Shown piece after piece: positions 1 to 12,660 of a stretch of DNA of 64,000 nt. The notes under the pieces are model-generated. The model ran no database searches. It was not told where the DNA came from and worked only from the letters and a program-made list of their open reading frames with translations. Numbering within the stretch: the stretch's first letter is position 1; every line of letters starts with the position of its first letter. The translations under genes were made by a program, and so were the position numbers. Origin of the DNA: Hemiscyllium ocellatum (taxonomy: Eukaryota); contig NW_026867509.1 in NCBI RefSeq assembly GCF_020745735.1, positions 62,001 to 126,000 on the forward strand, in the 5' to 3' direction.

Positions 1-2680
1 GCTACAGTTTGGATGATCTATGCCTGGGCCAGACAGTAACCAATGTCCATGGTAGTGCTTTTATTAACTCTTCCGGGGAAGGGTAAACTAATTTGGCAAG
101 GGGATGGGAACTAAATGAGGAGGACAGTGGGCCGTAAGGAGTTAGTAACTAAAGCCTGTAAAGAATGAGATCATGACGTGTCCATGACTAAGGTAAAAAG
201 TAGGCAGGGAGCAGATGATGAATGCAAAGGGAGAGGTGGTCTGAGGTGCATATGTTTTGAATGTGAGAAGGGTAGTCGGAAAATCAGATAAACTTAGGTC
301 TTTGATTAGTACCTGGGAGTATGACGGTGTTGCTCTTACTGAGACGTGTTAGAGGGAAGGGCATGATTGGCAACTAAATATCCCAGCAGATAGATGCTTC
401 AGGAGGGATAGAGAGGGAGGAAATAGGTTGGCTGAGCTGCATTACTGGTCCAGATGGTACCACAGGTATGAAGGATTCGAAACGTGATGAAATCGGGGCA
501 GAGATCAGAAACAGGAAGGGTGCGGTACTGCAGGCCTCCCAACAGCAAGTGTGAGGTCGTGGTACAAATATATCAACAAATTATGGAAAGGTATAGGAAC
601 AACGAGATGGTGGCGACAGGAGATTTTATACTTCCAAACATTGACTGGGGATCAAGTGTGTTAGAATTTTATATGGAGCAGAATTTGTAAGGACGGTCCA
701 GGTCAGATTTATAAAGCCGTATATAAAACTTAAAGTTTGACTTGGTGTTGTCAAATGAGCTCGGCCATTTGTTTGAAGTTTCAGTAGCGTATTAATTTGG
801 GAATAGTGATCACAATAATGTAAGTTTTAGAATACTCATGAACAAAGATAAGAGTTGCCCTCAAGAAGAGTTTTATACTGGGGTCAGGCCAACGATAGCA
901 AATTTCGGCAGGAGTTGGGGAATGTGGATTGAGATCAGCTGATGAAGGCAAATCCTGAGTTGATATGTGGGAGACTTTTAAAGAGAGATTAGTTTTTAAA
1001 CAGAGGACAGCTAAGCCCATGTGGAAAGGAAGGGGGAGAATTGGCAGAGGAAGAAACAAAGCATGAATAATGTCCAGGTGACTGAAAACAGATGAATCTT
1101 TGGAAGGATATCAGAAAAGGTTTACCAATATGAATGGAGGTATTAAGAGGCTAAAAAGGGGTCATAAAACACCTTCAGATAACAAGATTAAGATAAATTC
1201 CAAAGCGTTCAGATATAAGAAGCAAGTGGGTAATTAGAGAAAGGGCTGGCCTACTCAAGGGCAGGGGAGGAATGTTATGCATAGAGTCAGAGAAAAGGGA
1301 TGTGATTCTTCTTGAGTACTTTGCAGCGGTATTTTGAAAGGAGAGGCACATGGCATATGAGGTTAGGAATAGATACTTGATTATTCTAGGTCGAGTTAGC
1401 ATAGGAGGGATGAAATGCTGTGTGTTCAAGCAATAAGGTGGACAAGTTACCAATTCAAGATGGGATACATCGCAGGTTTAGTGAAGGAAATGTAAGAGGA
1501 AATACCTGGAGCCTTCACGGATAGCTGTGTAGCATCGTTGAGCACGGGTGAGGTCCCAGAGGACTGGAGAATTGCAACTGTTGTCCACTACTTTTGGAAG
1601 GGTGGCAGGGATAATCCAGATAATTATAGATCAGTGAGCCTGACGTCAGTGGCAGGGAAGCTGCTGGAGAAAACAGTGAGGGATGGAATCGAATCCCATT
1701 TGGAACAAAATGTATTTATCAGTGATAGGCAACATTGTTTTGTGCGGGGAAGGTTATGTCTTACCTACATAACAGCACTGTTCAAGGAAGTGACATAGTT
1801 TATTGATGGAGAAAGGGCTGTATATGTCATATACATGGACTTCATTAATGCGTTTGTTTAATCCCCCATGGTACGCTGATGGTAAAAATGGAGTCGCAAG
1901 AGGTCCGGTATGTAGTAGATAGACAGCTGCGCAATACGGACAAAGAGTGTAGTAGTGGAAAGGAGTTTCTCAAAATGAACACTTGTGAATAGTGATGTTC
2001 CACACGGGATCTGCATTGCGAACACAGTTGTTGGTGGTATACATAAATGATCTGCGTGTAGGTACAAGTGCTCTGATGAATAAGGCTGCAGTGGGCACTA
2101 CGATTGGTGGGGTGTCGGATACTGACGGGAACTGTCAAAATATGCAGCAAAATAGAGATAGATTGGAGCGTTGGGTGGAGAAATAATAGTTGGAGTTCAA
2201 TGCGGTAAATGCGATGTGATGCATTTTAGCAGAGCCAATTCAAAATCGAAATATACCATAAATGGAAAAGCCCTGCGCAAAACTGATGTACAGAGAACTT
2301 TGGGAGTTCAGATTAATTGTACCCTGAAGGTGGCAACACAGGTCGACAGATTAGTTAACAAGGCATTCTGCACCCTTTCCTTCATCGGAAAGGGAATTCA
2401 GTATAAGCGTTGGCAGGTCATGTTACACTTGTATCAAATTTCAGTACGACCTTATTTGGAATACTGCATACAGTTCTGGCTGCCACAGGACTAAGGGATG
2501 TATATGCTTTGTAGAGTCTGCCGAGGACGTTCCCTGTGATGTTGCCTCGTATCGGGAGCGCGAGTGATGAAGAGACGTTGCACAGATTAGGATTACTGTC
2601 ATGAGAACGATGGAGGTTGAGCGGGGGAATTGACTGAGGTCTACAAGATCACGAGAGGTGTTGACAGGGTGGGCAGCCAA
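1..2680 (+). mobile_element. Degenerate CR1-clade LINE (end of ORF1, APE endonuclease, RT)
   Basis: Fragments EDWRIATVVHYFWKGGRDNPDNYRSVSLTSVAGKLLE and VRPYLEYCIQFWLP; many stops and frameshifts. Confidence 0.9.
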
Positions 2681-3362
2681 ATAAATTGTTATGGTGCATT
2701 TGCGTTGGATAATCTTCTGATAGTCAATGCAGTCTCGATAAGCTGATTGGCTGCCTCTTTCGGCACCATAAAGATTCTAGGATTACAGTCACCTAACTAT
2801 GATCAAAATTGAGGCATTTTTGCATCTTAACCCATGCCCGTGTCTTGTCGCTGAAACATATGTCATGTTTTACAGTATAAACTAATTTCCGAAAACAGAC
2901 GAGGCTTTCTTGAGATTGGAAGATTTTTCATTCTTCTTTGTTGATGGCGATTGATTTTTAAAATGGGGAGGATTGCAAAGAGATGTGGATGTCTTGCACA
3001 CCAGTCAAAGAAAATAAACACGTCGCAGTAGCAGGATTGAAGGCTGGCAAAAGAACATGAGTTAATTATAATTACACAAATCACTGAATTATTCACTGCC
3101 AATCACAAGCTTTACAGCTCATTTTATAACTTCCACCTAAAAGGCAGGTCTCATGGCTGTAAAATTCTGCTGAATGAAAGTCCAGAAATGGAGATACATA
3201 AAATAACAGATAATTGGTTACACTTATTTTAAATTTTGTCCCGAGATCCTGCGAATAAGGCTTCCTCTCCTTTTTTTTTTAAATGCTGAGCAGAGGGCTA
3301 CTTTTCAACTCTATCGTGCTCAATGGACACGCACCGAAGAGAGAAGGAAGATAAAGTTAGGT

Positions 3363-3746
3363 CTGCAGATTCTGGAGATGACAGGGAATAGGTATGGTGC
3401 TGGAAAAGCACAGCAGGTCAGGCAGCATCTGACAAGCAGGAGAGTCGACGTTTCTGGCATGAGACTTTCATCAGAAATCGAGATAGTCCAAGGGAGCTGA
3501 GAGACAAATGGACGTAAGATAGGACTGGGGGGGTGGTAGCTTGGATGGCGACAGGCACATTAAATTTGGGTTTGATGGTGGTTGATCGGAACACAGCATC
3601 GGACAGACAGATGGGAAGGAAGATGAACGGACACCTTGCCACACACCACGCTCCCCAACAATTTCCTGATGGAGTACTTAGGCCTAAAATGTCGACTCTC
3701 CTGCTCCTCGGTTGCTGCCTGACCTGCTGTACTTTTTTAGTGCCAC
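3363..3746. mobile_element. Penelope-like terminal repeats in inverted orientation
   Basis: 3394-3478 is the reverse complement of 3661-3746 (GGAAAAGCACAGCAGGTCAGGCAGCA...GTCGAC). Same repeat family as the terminus of the Penelope element at 21916. Confidence 0.7.
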
Positions 3747-4039
3747 TCATTAACTGGAGTAACGCAGCCCCTCTCGTTGTTCCTCATTCCATCGATTTTG
3801 GAAACAGGAGACTGTTGATTGAGGATTCAGAGCACCCATATCAGTGGAGTGTGGGACCTTGAACAAAATTCTTTGTGATGAAGGTGACAAAGCCAAAAAA
3901 AAAATTGTTATTTAACGTTCTGGAAGGTATGATTTCAATACAGTGGATATCGATAGAGATATCGACTATGGATTTGGGGTGCACAGAAAATAAAATGCCG
4001 CGAACAGGTAGAGAAAATAATAAAGGGAGCTTATGATTT

Positions 4040-5265
4040 GTTGACACCTTTATGTTTTGATCACTGCATTATAAAGACATAAGAACAATATTATAGTTCT
4101 ACAAACGTGACTTGAAATACTGCTGAGCAGATTTCAGCAACACATTTTAGAAACGATATGTGACTCTGAGAGGGAGTACAATGGAGCTTTATATGAATGA
4201 GACGTGGACGTCAGGAGTTATGTCATGAGAAGTTATTAAACAAATTATGCCTGTTTTATCAAGTATTTGGAAGAGACTGGTGTGATCTGAGCGAATTCTT
4301 CATGGTATGAAAGAAGAAAAGACAGGTTCGGTGAAGATAAGTTATTCCACTGGTTGAGGTTTCTATCACTCGGGGCCACAGTCTTAGAATGAGATTCAAA
4401 CCATTCAGGAAATATGTCAGGAAGGTCTTAGACACACAGTAGGTGTTTGAGATTTGAAACACACTAAACAAATGGTACTGACGTTCAATCAGTTGGTCGT
4501 ACTAAAGTTGAGACAGTTAAGTTATTCTTCAGGGTATATTGTCAGGGATATGAGCCAATGGCTGGTAAAGTGAATAGGTCCACACATCAGACAAGAGATC
4601 CAAAAGAAAATAAGACCATAATGCATAGGAGCAGAAATTATGCTATTCAGTCTAGTGAGTCTGCAATGCCATTTAATCATGGCTGTTAAATTTTTCAAAC
4701 CCATTCGCCCATTTTCTCTCCGTAATGCTTAATACCTTTGGCACTCATGAGCCAATGTACCTCCATCTTAATTATTCTCACTGAACTGCCTTCACAGCCG
4801 TCTGTGGTAAAGAATTGCTTGACGACTGGGGTTACAATTAAGTTCTCTTCTGTCTGATTGAAAGGCTTCTCCTGCTCTCTGTTTTAAGAGGTCTTCTCTT
4901 TATTCTAAGGCTAAACCGTCGAGTCCAAACGTCTGCTCCTAGTGGAAACAACTTCCCAACATCTACTCTGTGCAGAGCATTCAATATTGTCTATGTTTCA
5001 ATTAGGTATCCCATCATACGTCTAAACTCCATCAAGTACAAATCCACAGTCCTCAGTCTTCCCTCATACGTGAAGCTGTAAATTCCTTGGAACATTCTCG
5101 TAACACTTCTCCTGAGATATTGCGACGACAGTTGGCACAATACTCCAAATATGCTCGTGCCAGAGACTTATCGAGGATGGTGGAACGAGCTCTGCGTTAT
5201 AAATGGCACACTCCTTCAACTGTGCTCCAATGATCATTTTACCTGACCATACAGATCGCATTAAC
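4040..5265. mobile_element. Old CR1 3' fragments (plus strand ~4040-4640, minus strand ~4670-5265)
   Basis: Similar to the CR1 3' regions elsewhere in the window; no long ORF; boundaries approximate. Confidence 0.55.
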
Positions 5266-5284
5266 ACTAGGCAGAAGTCAACCC

Positions 5285-5475
5285 GTTGGTCTGACTTTGA
5301 GAAGATGTTCTCCTACTCATAGAACCTCTTAGAACACCAGCGTGTTCGCACTCCATCTAAAAGCTTTTCCTGATTCAACTGTGGGAAGGGATTCAGTCAG
5401 TCATCCCATCTGCTGTGGCGCTATCACATCCACGCTGGAAAGAAGCTATTCACCTGTTTCAATTTGGGGTAAATT
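5285..5475 (+). pseudogene. C2H2 zinc-finger gene remnant
   Basis: Translates as SDFEKMFSYS*NLLEHQRVRT...CGKGFSQSSHLLWRYHIHAGKKLFTC: Kruppel-type finger and linker remnants with stops. Confidence 0.75.
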
Positions 5476-5484
5476 GTCACACAT

Positions 5485-6860
5485 AAAACATAGAACATTA
5501 TAGTGCAGTACAGGCCCTTCGTCCTTCGATGTGGCGTAGACCTGTGGAATGTACCTGAAGCCCGTCTACCCTACACTATTCCATCGTCATCCACATATCT
5601 GTCCAGTGAGCATGTCAATACCGTCAAAGTGGGGAAGTGTAATACTGTTGCCTCCAGTGTTTTCCAAGCCCCCACTACTCTCTGTGTAAAGAAATTATCA
5701 CCGACATCTATTCTAAAAACATCACTTCTCCGTTTAATGTTACATCCTCTCGTGCTAGTCATCAGCATCCGAGGATAAAAGGCATTCATCGTCCACATTA
5801 TAATACACTCTGATTATCTTGTATATGTCTCAACCTTCTTCTCTCGGAAATAAAAAAAAAGCAGCCTCCAGTCCCTCTGACCTCCATACCAGGCAACATC
5901 CTGGAAATTTCCTCTGAACTGTCTCCAGAACTTCCACATGCTTCCTTTAATGCGGTGACCAGAACTGTGTGCAATGCTCCAACGGCCAGTGTTTTGCAGA
6001 TGTGTAGCATGACCTCGTGGCTCTGAAACTCAATCTCTCTACCAATAGAAGCTAACACATCCTGTATACATTCTTGGCAACCCTATCAACCTGAAGGCAA
6101 CTGTCAGGGATCAATACACATACATACCAAAATCTCTCTGCTCGTCTGCACTGCCAAGACACTAGCCAGTGCTCTTTATTCCTGTTTTTTCTTTCAAGGT
6201 GAATCACCTCACTCTTTTCCAAATTAAATTCCATTTGCCACTTCTCAGCCCGGCTCTGCAGTTTATCTAAGTATGTTTGTAGCCTGCAACATCTTTCAGC
6301 AATATTCAAAACTCTCCCGACCATAGTGTCATCCGCAAATGTACTGACCCACCCTCTACGCCCTCATCCAGGTCATTTATAAAAATGACAGACAGATCTT
6401 TGCAGTACACGATTATTACCTGAACTCCAGGATGAACATCTTCTGTCAACCATCACCCTCTGTCTTCTTTTAGTTCGCCAACTTCTGATCCAAACGGCTA
6501 AATCACCCTTAATCCCACGCCTCCGCATTTTGTGCGGTCGCCTGCAATGTGAAAACCTGTCAAACATTTTAATGACATCTATATACACCACAGAAACCAT
6601 TTTACCCTCATCCACCTGCTTGCTCACGACTCAAAGAAATCAATAATGATTGTCAGGCATGAACTACCCTTTACAAAATGGCGTTGTCTGTCCAGAATCA
6701 ACTTATTGTTCTTGAGATGAGTATAAGTCCTATCTCTTATAACTTTTCAAATACGTTACCTTCAACCAAAGTGAGGCTCATTGGCCGATAATTGCCAGAG
6801 TTGTCTCTACCCCATTCTTGAACAAAGGCACAACATTTGCTATCCTTTGGTCTTCACTTA
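5485..6860 (-). mobile_element. CR1 LINE 3' portion
   Basis: Minus-strand peptides VVYIDVIKMFDRFSH, QTYLDKLQSRAEKWQMEFN and FFTQRVVGAWKTL; short-repeat tail near 5485-5500. Confidence 0.85.
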
Positions 6861-7499
6861 TCACAGCTGCTGAATCAAGACAGAGTTCACAACGAACCAG
6901 AGTGATTGAATTTTCATATTTATTACATTTAGGAGTGAGTTATATTCATTGTGCTCTGTTGTTGATGACGTTATCGCACACCAACTCAAATTTGTAATAA
7001 CATTTTATTGGCACGTCAAAGAAACCAGCTTTATTAAGTCGAGTGCATGGTAAAACACGGTGCATGCCATTCTTCTTGCATATAATACCAGACATTCCCT
7101 CTCAACATTTCCCCTATCTTTTGCAGGTGTGATGAGATCATGGAGCTTCTTTGTCTCTGAGATTAAGACAATCAGATCAACTGCTTCTGTTGTTTCCATC
7201 CTTTACTCGTCCCTGGGTTAATTTGCTTCAAAATGTGCTCATTGCCTGAGCTCTGAACTCACATATCTCGCTAGTTTCAGGCATTTACCCTCATATTTAC
7301 ACGACGTTTGTCATGTTCATGGGGTCAACCTTATGTTCTGTTGACGTTATTCTCACGAAACAAGAGGCAAGTTCATGATCATCTAAAAAAAACTTCATGA
7401 GTTGAAAACAATCCACTCACTGTGTTTAAATAAATAAACCTTTTTGAACCTTGGAGTGAGCAAACTTTGTTTGTTGACATTGACATTTAAGTCAGATGT

Positions 7500-8495
7500 G
7501 TTCAATGCAGTGCTAAGCCCTCTACTTTTTTTGTCATTTACATAAATGTTTTGAATGCGAGTATAAGAGGTACAGTTAGTAAGTTTACGGAAGACACCAA
7601 AATTGGATGTGTAGTGGACAGCAAAGAGGGTTACCTCAAATTACAACAGGATCTGGACCAGATGGACCAATGGGCTGAGAAGTGGCAGATGGAGTTTAAT
7701 TCAGATAAATGCGAGGTGCTTCATTTTGGGAAAGCAAATCTTAGCAGGACTTATACACTTCATGGTAATATCCGAGGGAGTGTTGCTGAGCAAAGAGACC
7801 TTGGAGAACAAGCTCATAGCTCCTTGTAAGTGGCGTTTAAGGTAGATAGGATAGTGAAGAAGGAGTTTGGTATGCTTTCCTTTATTGGTCAGAGTACTGA
7901 GTACAGAAGATGGGAGGTCATGTTGCGGATGTACAGGACAATGGTTCGGACACTGTTGGAATATTGCGTGCAGTTCGGGTTTCCTTCTTATCGGAAAGAT
8001 GTTGTGAAACTTGGAATGGTTCAGGAAAGATTTACAAGGATGTTGCCAGGGTTGGTGGATCTGAGCTACAGGGAGAGGCTGAACAGGTTGGGGCTGTTTT
8101 CCCTGGAGCGTTGGAGGCTGATGGGTGACCTTATAGAGGATTATAAAATTATGCAGGGCATGGATAGGCAAAGTCTTTTCCCTGCGGTTGGGGAATCCAT
8201 AACTAGAGGACATAGGTTTCGGATGAGATGGGAAAGATACAAAAGAGACCTAAGTGGCAACTTTTTCACGCAAATGGTGGCACGTGTATGGAATGAGCTG
8301 CCAGAGCATGTCGTGGAGGTTGGTACAATTGCAACCTTTAAGAGGCATTTGGGTGTATAAATGAATAGGACGGGTTTGGAGTGATATGGGCTGGGCGCTA
8401 GCAGGTGGGACTGGATTGGGATGGGATATCTGGTCGGCATGGAAGGGTTAGACCGAAGGGTGTGTTTCCATGCTGTCGATCTCTACAACCCTATG
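7500..8495 (+). mobile_element. 5'-truncated CR1 LINE
   Basis: SKFTEDTKIG, KWQMEFNSDKCEVLHFG, RTLLEYCVQF and FFTQMVARVWNELP, followed by the CR1 3' UTR. Confidence 0.9.
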
Positions 8496-9395
8496 ACTCA
8501 GTACAAGAACTTTTCAAACACTACGTAAATGCAAACTTTCAAATTTTTTTTGTGTCAAACAGTTTACATACAGAAATTGCATTTGCCCCACACCCCCGCC
8601 ATTCTTGTAGACACTTTATTCTATTGTTGCTTAACTTCCAGAAAAGAAAACCTGAAATAAGCCTCTCCTTGCTCTTTACTTCCAATTTGTTTGGTTAATA
8701 CAATTTGATTTGTTGATTTTATTTTTGTTTGAAACGAACTGTCTGTTCGTTATACAACAAATTCACTTGCATAGTATAGTCATCCGATCTCTCTTTTCAA
8801 TAAAATAGTATGTCCAGGACTCGAACACCAGCTGGAACAGCATAAGAGTCCCCCCAATACTTGATGATATATGGGCTATGAAGTGAAGATGAGTTTATTG
8901 TTACAAAGAAAGAAATCAACTGACCCACCTCAGCATTTCAAAAGATTGTAAGGGTCTGAAGGATGACAGGAAGCCAAGAAATGAGTAAAGCAGTCCTCAA
9001 CAACACACTGCCACATGAACTGGGTCAGTGAAAAACTGGTATTGATCTCAAAAGGCTAAGCTCAGAAATTGAAGTTTCTCTCAGTGGAACATTGTAAATT
9101 GTAATACAGCACGGAGAATTTCGTCAATTTTTCATTCTCAAAAAGGCAATAGTTTAGCTTCTCCCCTCCATTGGGCAGCTCAGAGACGGACATTGAATGC
9201 CGGTCACCTCTTATAAAGAAAGATCAAAATGGTCCGTTATTTCTTTTTGTTTGAAACTGAGTGCAGTGAGTGAAGTCCAGAAACAATGCACAACAAAACA
9301 TCTATTTTCCTGTTTTGTTACAACGCCGAACCATATAGTAGACTCTTTCAAGCGATTTTCTGAGATCGTGGAACATTTTATATTCCATGATTTCA

Positions 9396-9964
9396 TTGTT
9401 GTGGTTCTGCTCGCCGAGCTGGAAGTTTTTGCTGCAAACGTTTCGTTCCCTGTCTAGGGAACATCATCAGTGCTGTTGGAGCCTCGTGTGAAGGGCTGCT
9501 TTGATGTTTCTTCCGGTATTTATATTGGTTTGTTCTTGCCGCTTCCGAGTATCAGTTTCAGCTGCAGTGATTTGTATGTGGGGTCCAGGTCGATGTGTCT
9601 GTTGATGGACGTTCTTGCCGTTTCCGGGTGTCAGTTTCAGCTGTAGTGGTTTGTATATGGTGTCCAGGTCAATGTGTCTGTTAATGGAGTTTGTGGATGA
9701 ATGCCATGCTTCTAGGAATTCTCTGGATGTTCTCTGTCTGGCTTGTCCTATGATAGTGGTGTTTTCCCAGTCAAATTCATGTTGCTGGTTGTCTGAGTGT
9801 ATGAATATAAATACCGGAAGAAACATCAAAGCAGCGCTTCACACGAGGCTCCAACAGCACTGATGATGTTCCCTAGCCAGGGAACGAAACGTTTGCAGCA
9901 AAAACTTCCAGCTCGGCGAGCAGAACCACAACAACGGATACCCGAGCTACAAATCTTCAATCAG
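9396..9964. mobile_element. Penelope-like insertion with 131-bp inverted repeats and a 14-bp target-site duplication
   Basis: 9396-9526 vs 9804-9934 are inverted with 2 mismatches. TSD ATTCCATGATTTCA at 9382-9395 and 9965-9978. Empty site in copy B (~56826-56839). Minus-strand GIY-YIG C-terminal peptide FDWENTTIIGQARQRTSREFLEAWHS. Confidence 0.92.
9857..9896 (+). ncRNA. Minimal hammerhead ribozyme motif in a Penelope terminal repeat
   Basis: GCA-CTGATGA-T-GTTCCCT/AGCC/AGGGAAC-GAAA-C-GTT-TGC: catalytic core, perfect 7-bp stem II, palindromic ACGT helix III, 3-bp stem I. An antisense copy lies at 9434-9473. Confidence 0.75.
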
Positions 9965-10039
9965 ATTCCATGATTTCAGATCAAGAGAATATATTAGATT
10001 CTTCAGTGTTTGTGATTGGCGTGGATTGACGTTTTGGTT

Positions 10040-10262
10040 GGCAGAGTCGACCCTCTTTACTCAGCGGGTTGTGAGTTCATGGAATGCCCTGCCAGTCGCA
10101 GTGGTGGACTCTCCCTCTTTATGGTCATTTAAGCGGGCATTGGATAAGCATATGGAGGTTATTGGGCTAGTGTAGGTTAGGTAGGTTTCGGTCGGCGCAA
10201 CATCGAGGGCCGAAGGGCCTGTACTGCGCTGTATTTTTCTATGTTCTATGATCTATGTTCTA
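10040..10262 (+). mobile_element. CR1 LINE 3' end with (CTATGTT)n-like tail
   Basis: TTTACTCAGCGGGTTGTGAGTTCATGGAATGCCCTGCC...GGGCCGAAGGGCCTGTACTG...CTATGTTCTATG. Confidence 0.8.
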
Positions 10263-10527
10263 GATTGGGAAGAAGGATCTGTCTCCGCGCTGCTGGAAAA
10301 GATGATACTGACTCTATGAAGCTTTATGATGCTGTCACAGCTATGAAGGTTATTTTTTCGATAATTCAGCATTCCTTCATATTGCAAAGATGGAAATAAG
10401 TCTTACAATTCTTATAGAAGCCGCAGCACATAGTTTGTTCGGTGGATTAGGAGGTTGAAATACTGCTGCCCATTGAGTCAGATTTGTGGGATTGAAATAG
10501 CTCCTAAACACTTCACTGTTCTGTTAT

Positions 10528-12660
10528 TCATTGCCGAAAACGATCAGTAGGCCTGGTAAAGGGATTCACCAGCAGCTTTTTCAACTCCTCACGGAACTTG
10601 TTCTGCGACACGACATAAATAAAGAAATTGTTGCAGGAACTGAGTAACTGGAGCATGTTGGTCGTCTCTTGACGAATGTACTGCTGGTTACCGAAACCCA
10701 AGCTTGATACGTATTCGTCACCAGTAATCATTCTGTACAGGAAACGCGCAAAATATGTCGCCCAGAGGAGCAGGAAGCTGAGAGAGATTGCAAAGAGAAG
10801 AATAATTGACCTCTTGCGGTTGGCCATCTCTGTGTCTTCGCTATTTTCAGCACCCAGTGGTTCTGCTTGCCACTAAGATATGCCTTACATTCAAGACATT
10901 TGACAAAAGAATGATAAGGAATGGGAGAAAAGGGACTAAGATGTGGTCAAGCCAGTAGTATGTCTGCCAGGCGGGAGACATGTGGATGATCGGTTTGATA
11001 TCACAAAACCAGGGCACACCATCCGGAATGTACAAAGGCTGGCAGATGAAGTAGAATGGGATGTTCTTGCAGCAGCTCAGAGCATATATCACTCCGATAA
11101 TCACTGAAGCACTTTTCTCAGTGCGGTACTTGGTCTTCAGACTTTGACAGCAAATAGCTACGAAACGGTAAATGGTGAAGGCCACGGTCAGCCAAACCGA
11201 GCAATCCCGTGTGGCATAGACGAGCGCAGCATTGAGGCAGCATGCCGGAGTTGTGGACAATACACTGTAGCTGAAGTAAATGCGGCTGATGCGGTTGAGG
11301 ATACACCCAGTGATGATGACAAGTAAATCAGCTACCGCTATGGTGACTAGATAGTGGGTGACACATCGGGAAAGGCCGCAATGTCTTTGCTTTAGTATTA
11401 CAATGGCCAGCAAGTTGGCTGTGAGAGATAAAAGAACAACTATGTTACCAAGGGTCTCCAAAAATGAGTTCCCACCTCATCCTCAGGTTTCCTCAAACTT
11501 TTCGGTTTAATCACGTTTCCATCTTCAAACTGTCTGCTCCAATTGGTGATTCAATTTCCAAAGCTCAAGTAAGCATTTCCCAACAAAATATGTGAACAAT
11601 TTCTTTCGACATCATGAATTCCACTGCGTAGTCTTCAGTCAATTTCAGTGGCCAGCTATCTATTTCGAGGCAAGGCTCTTTACAGCACGGGTGTTGTCAT
11701 TACCTAGAAGCTGAACAAGACCAGGCATATAAATGAATTACGACAACAGCAAATCAGAGACTCAGACTCCTGCAGCATACAATTCATCTCCCGAATCCCA
11801 GAAGTTGGTCCATCATCTAGAAGTCATAAGTGCGGGACTGTAATTGAATACTAAAAACTTGCCTGGATGTGTTCAATTCCAACAAAACTCGAGATGTGTG
11901 CACCATCCTGGACAAAGTAGCCCGATTGACTGGCATGATACCCTGAATTGCACACTGCATCAGATATTGATATTCATTTGCAACACTATCGACAATAGTC
12001 ACGACAGAAATTTACCAAAGATCCTCAGACAGCACATTCTAAATACATGACCACATCCTTCAAAAAGGACAAGGGCAGCGGACAGCTGAGAATATCAACA
12101 CTTGTGTGTTCCCTTGCAGCCACTTACCATCCTGATTGGAGATATATCATGATTACTTCACTGTCACTGGGACTAAATCCTGGAATCAAAATCAGATGAT
12201 TAAACGTTGCTGCATTACTGCATAATGTGAGACTATATTTCACAGAGTTCACAGCATTTCCTCAAAAACAGAATTTTGCAAAATTTTAATAAGAGATAGA
12301 ATTATATTAAACTGATATCACAACGTGTTCAATGCATATTTCATTAATCTAATCAAAGTACGTTTTCATGAAAGTACTGAAATTATTTTGAATCAAATAT
12401 GTCAACTCTCCGCATTGCTACCAATTAACTAATTAGAAGAGCATGGGTATACTCATCGAAAATTCGCAGGTTGAAGTCATTCACTGAGGCCGTGCGTATT
12501 ATTTTAGAGTTTAATCCTGAAGCGACAGCTCCACAAATTTCAAGTAACTGCAAAAATAAGTTAGTAACTTATTCAAAATCTATTTCATACCAGGAAGATC
12601 TATTATAGCGAGAATTGGATAGCAAACAGCATAGAACAGGCCTTTAGCTGGTCCGTGCAT
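10528..12660 (-). pseudogene. GPR139-like class A GPCR, copy A (exon 1 12660-12591, exon 2 11418-10528), frameshifted
   Basis: Exon 1 MHGPAKGLFYAVCYPILAIIDLP-G|GTATGA; acceptor TCTCTCACAG|CC AAC (ANLLAIVIL). An 11-bp deletion relative to copy B near 10855-10866 breaks the frame after TM5. The DRF motif is changed to YRF. Confidence 0.9.
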
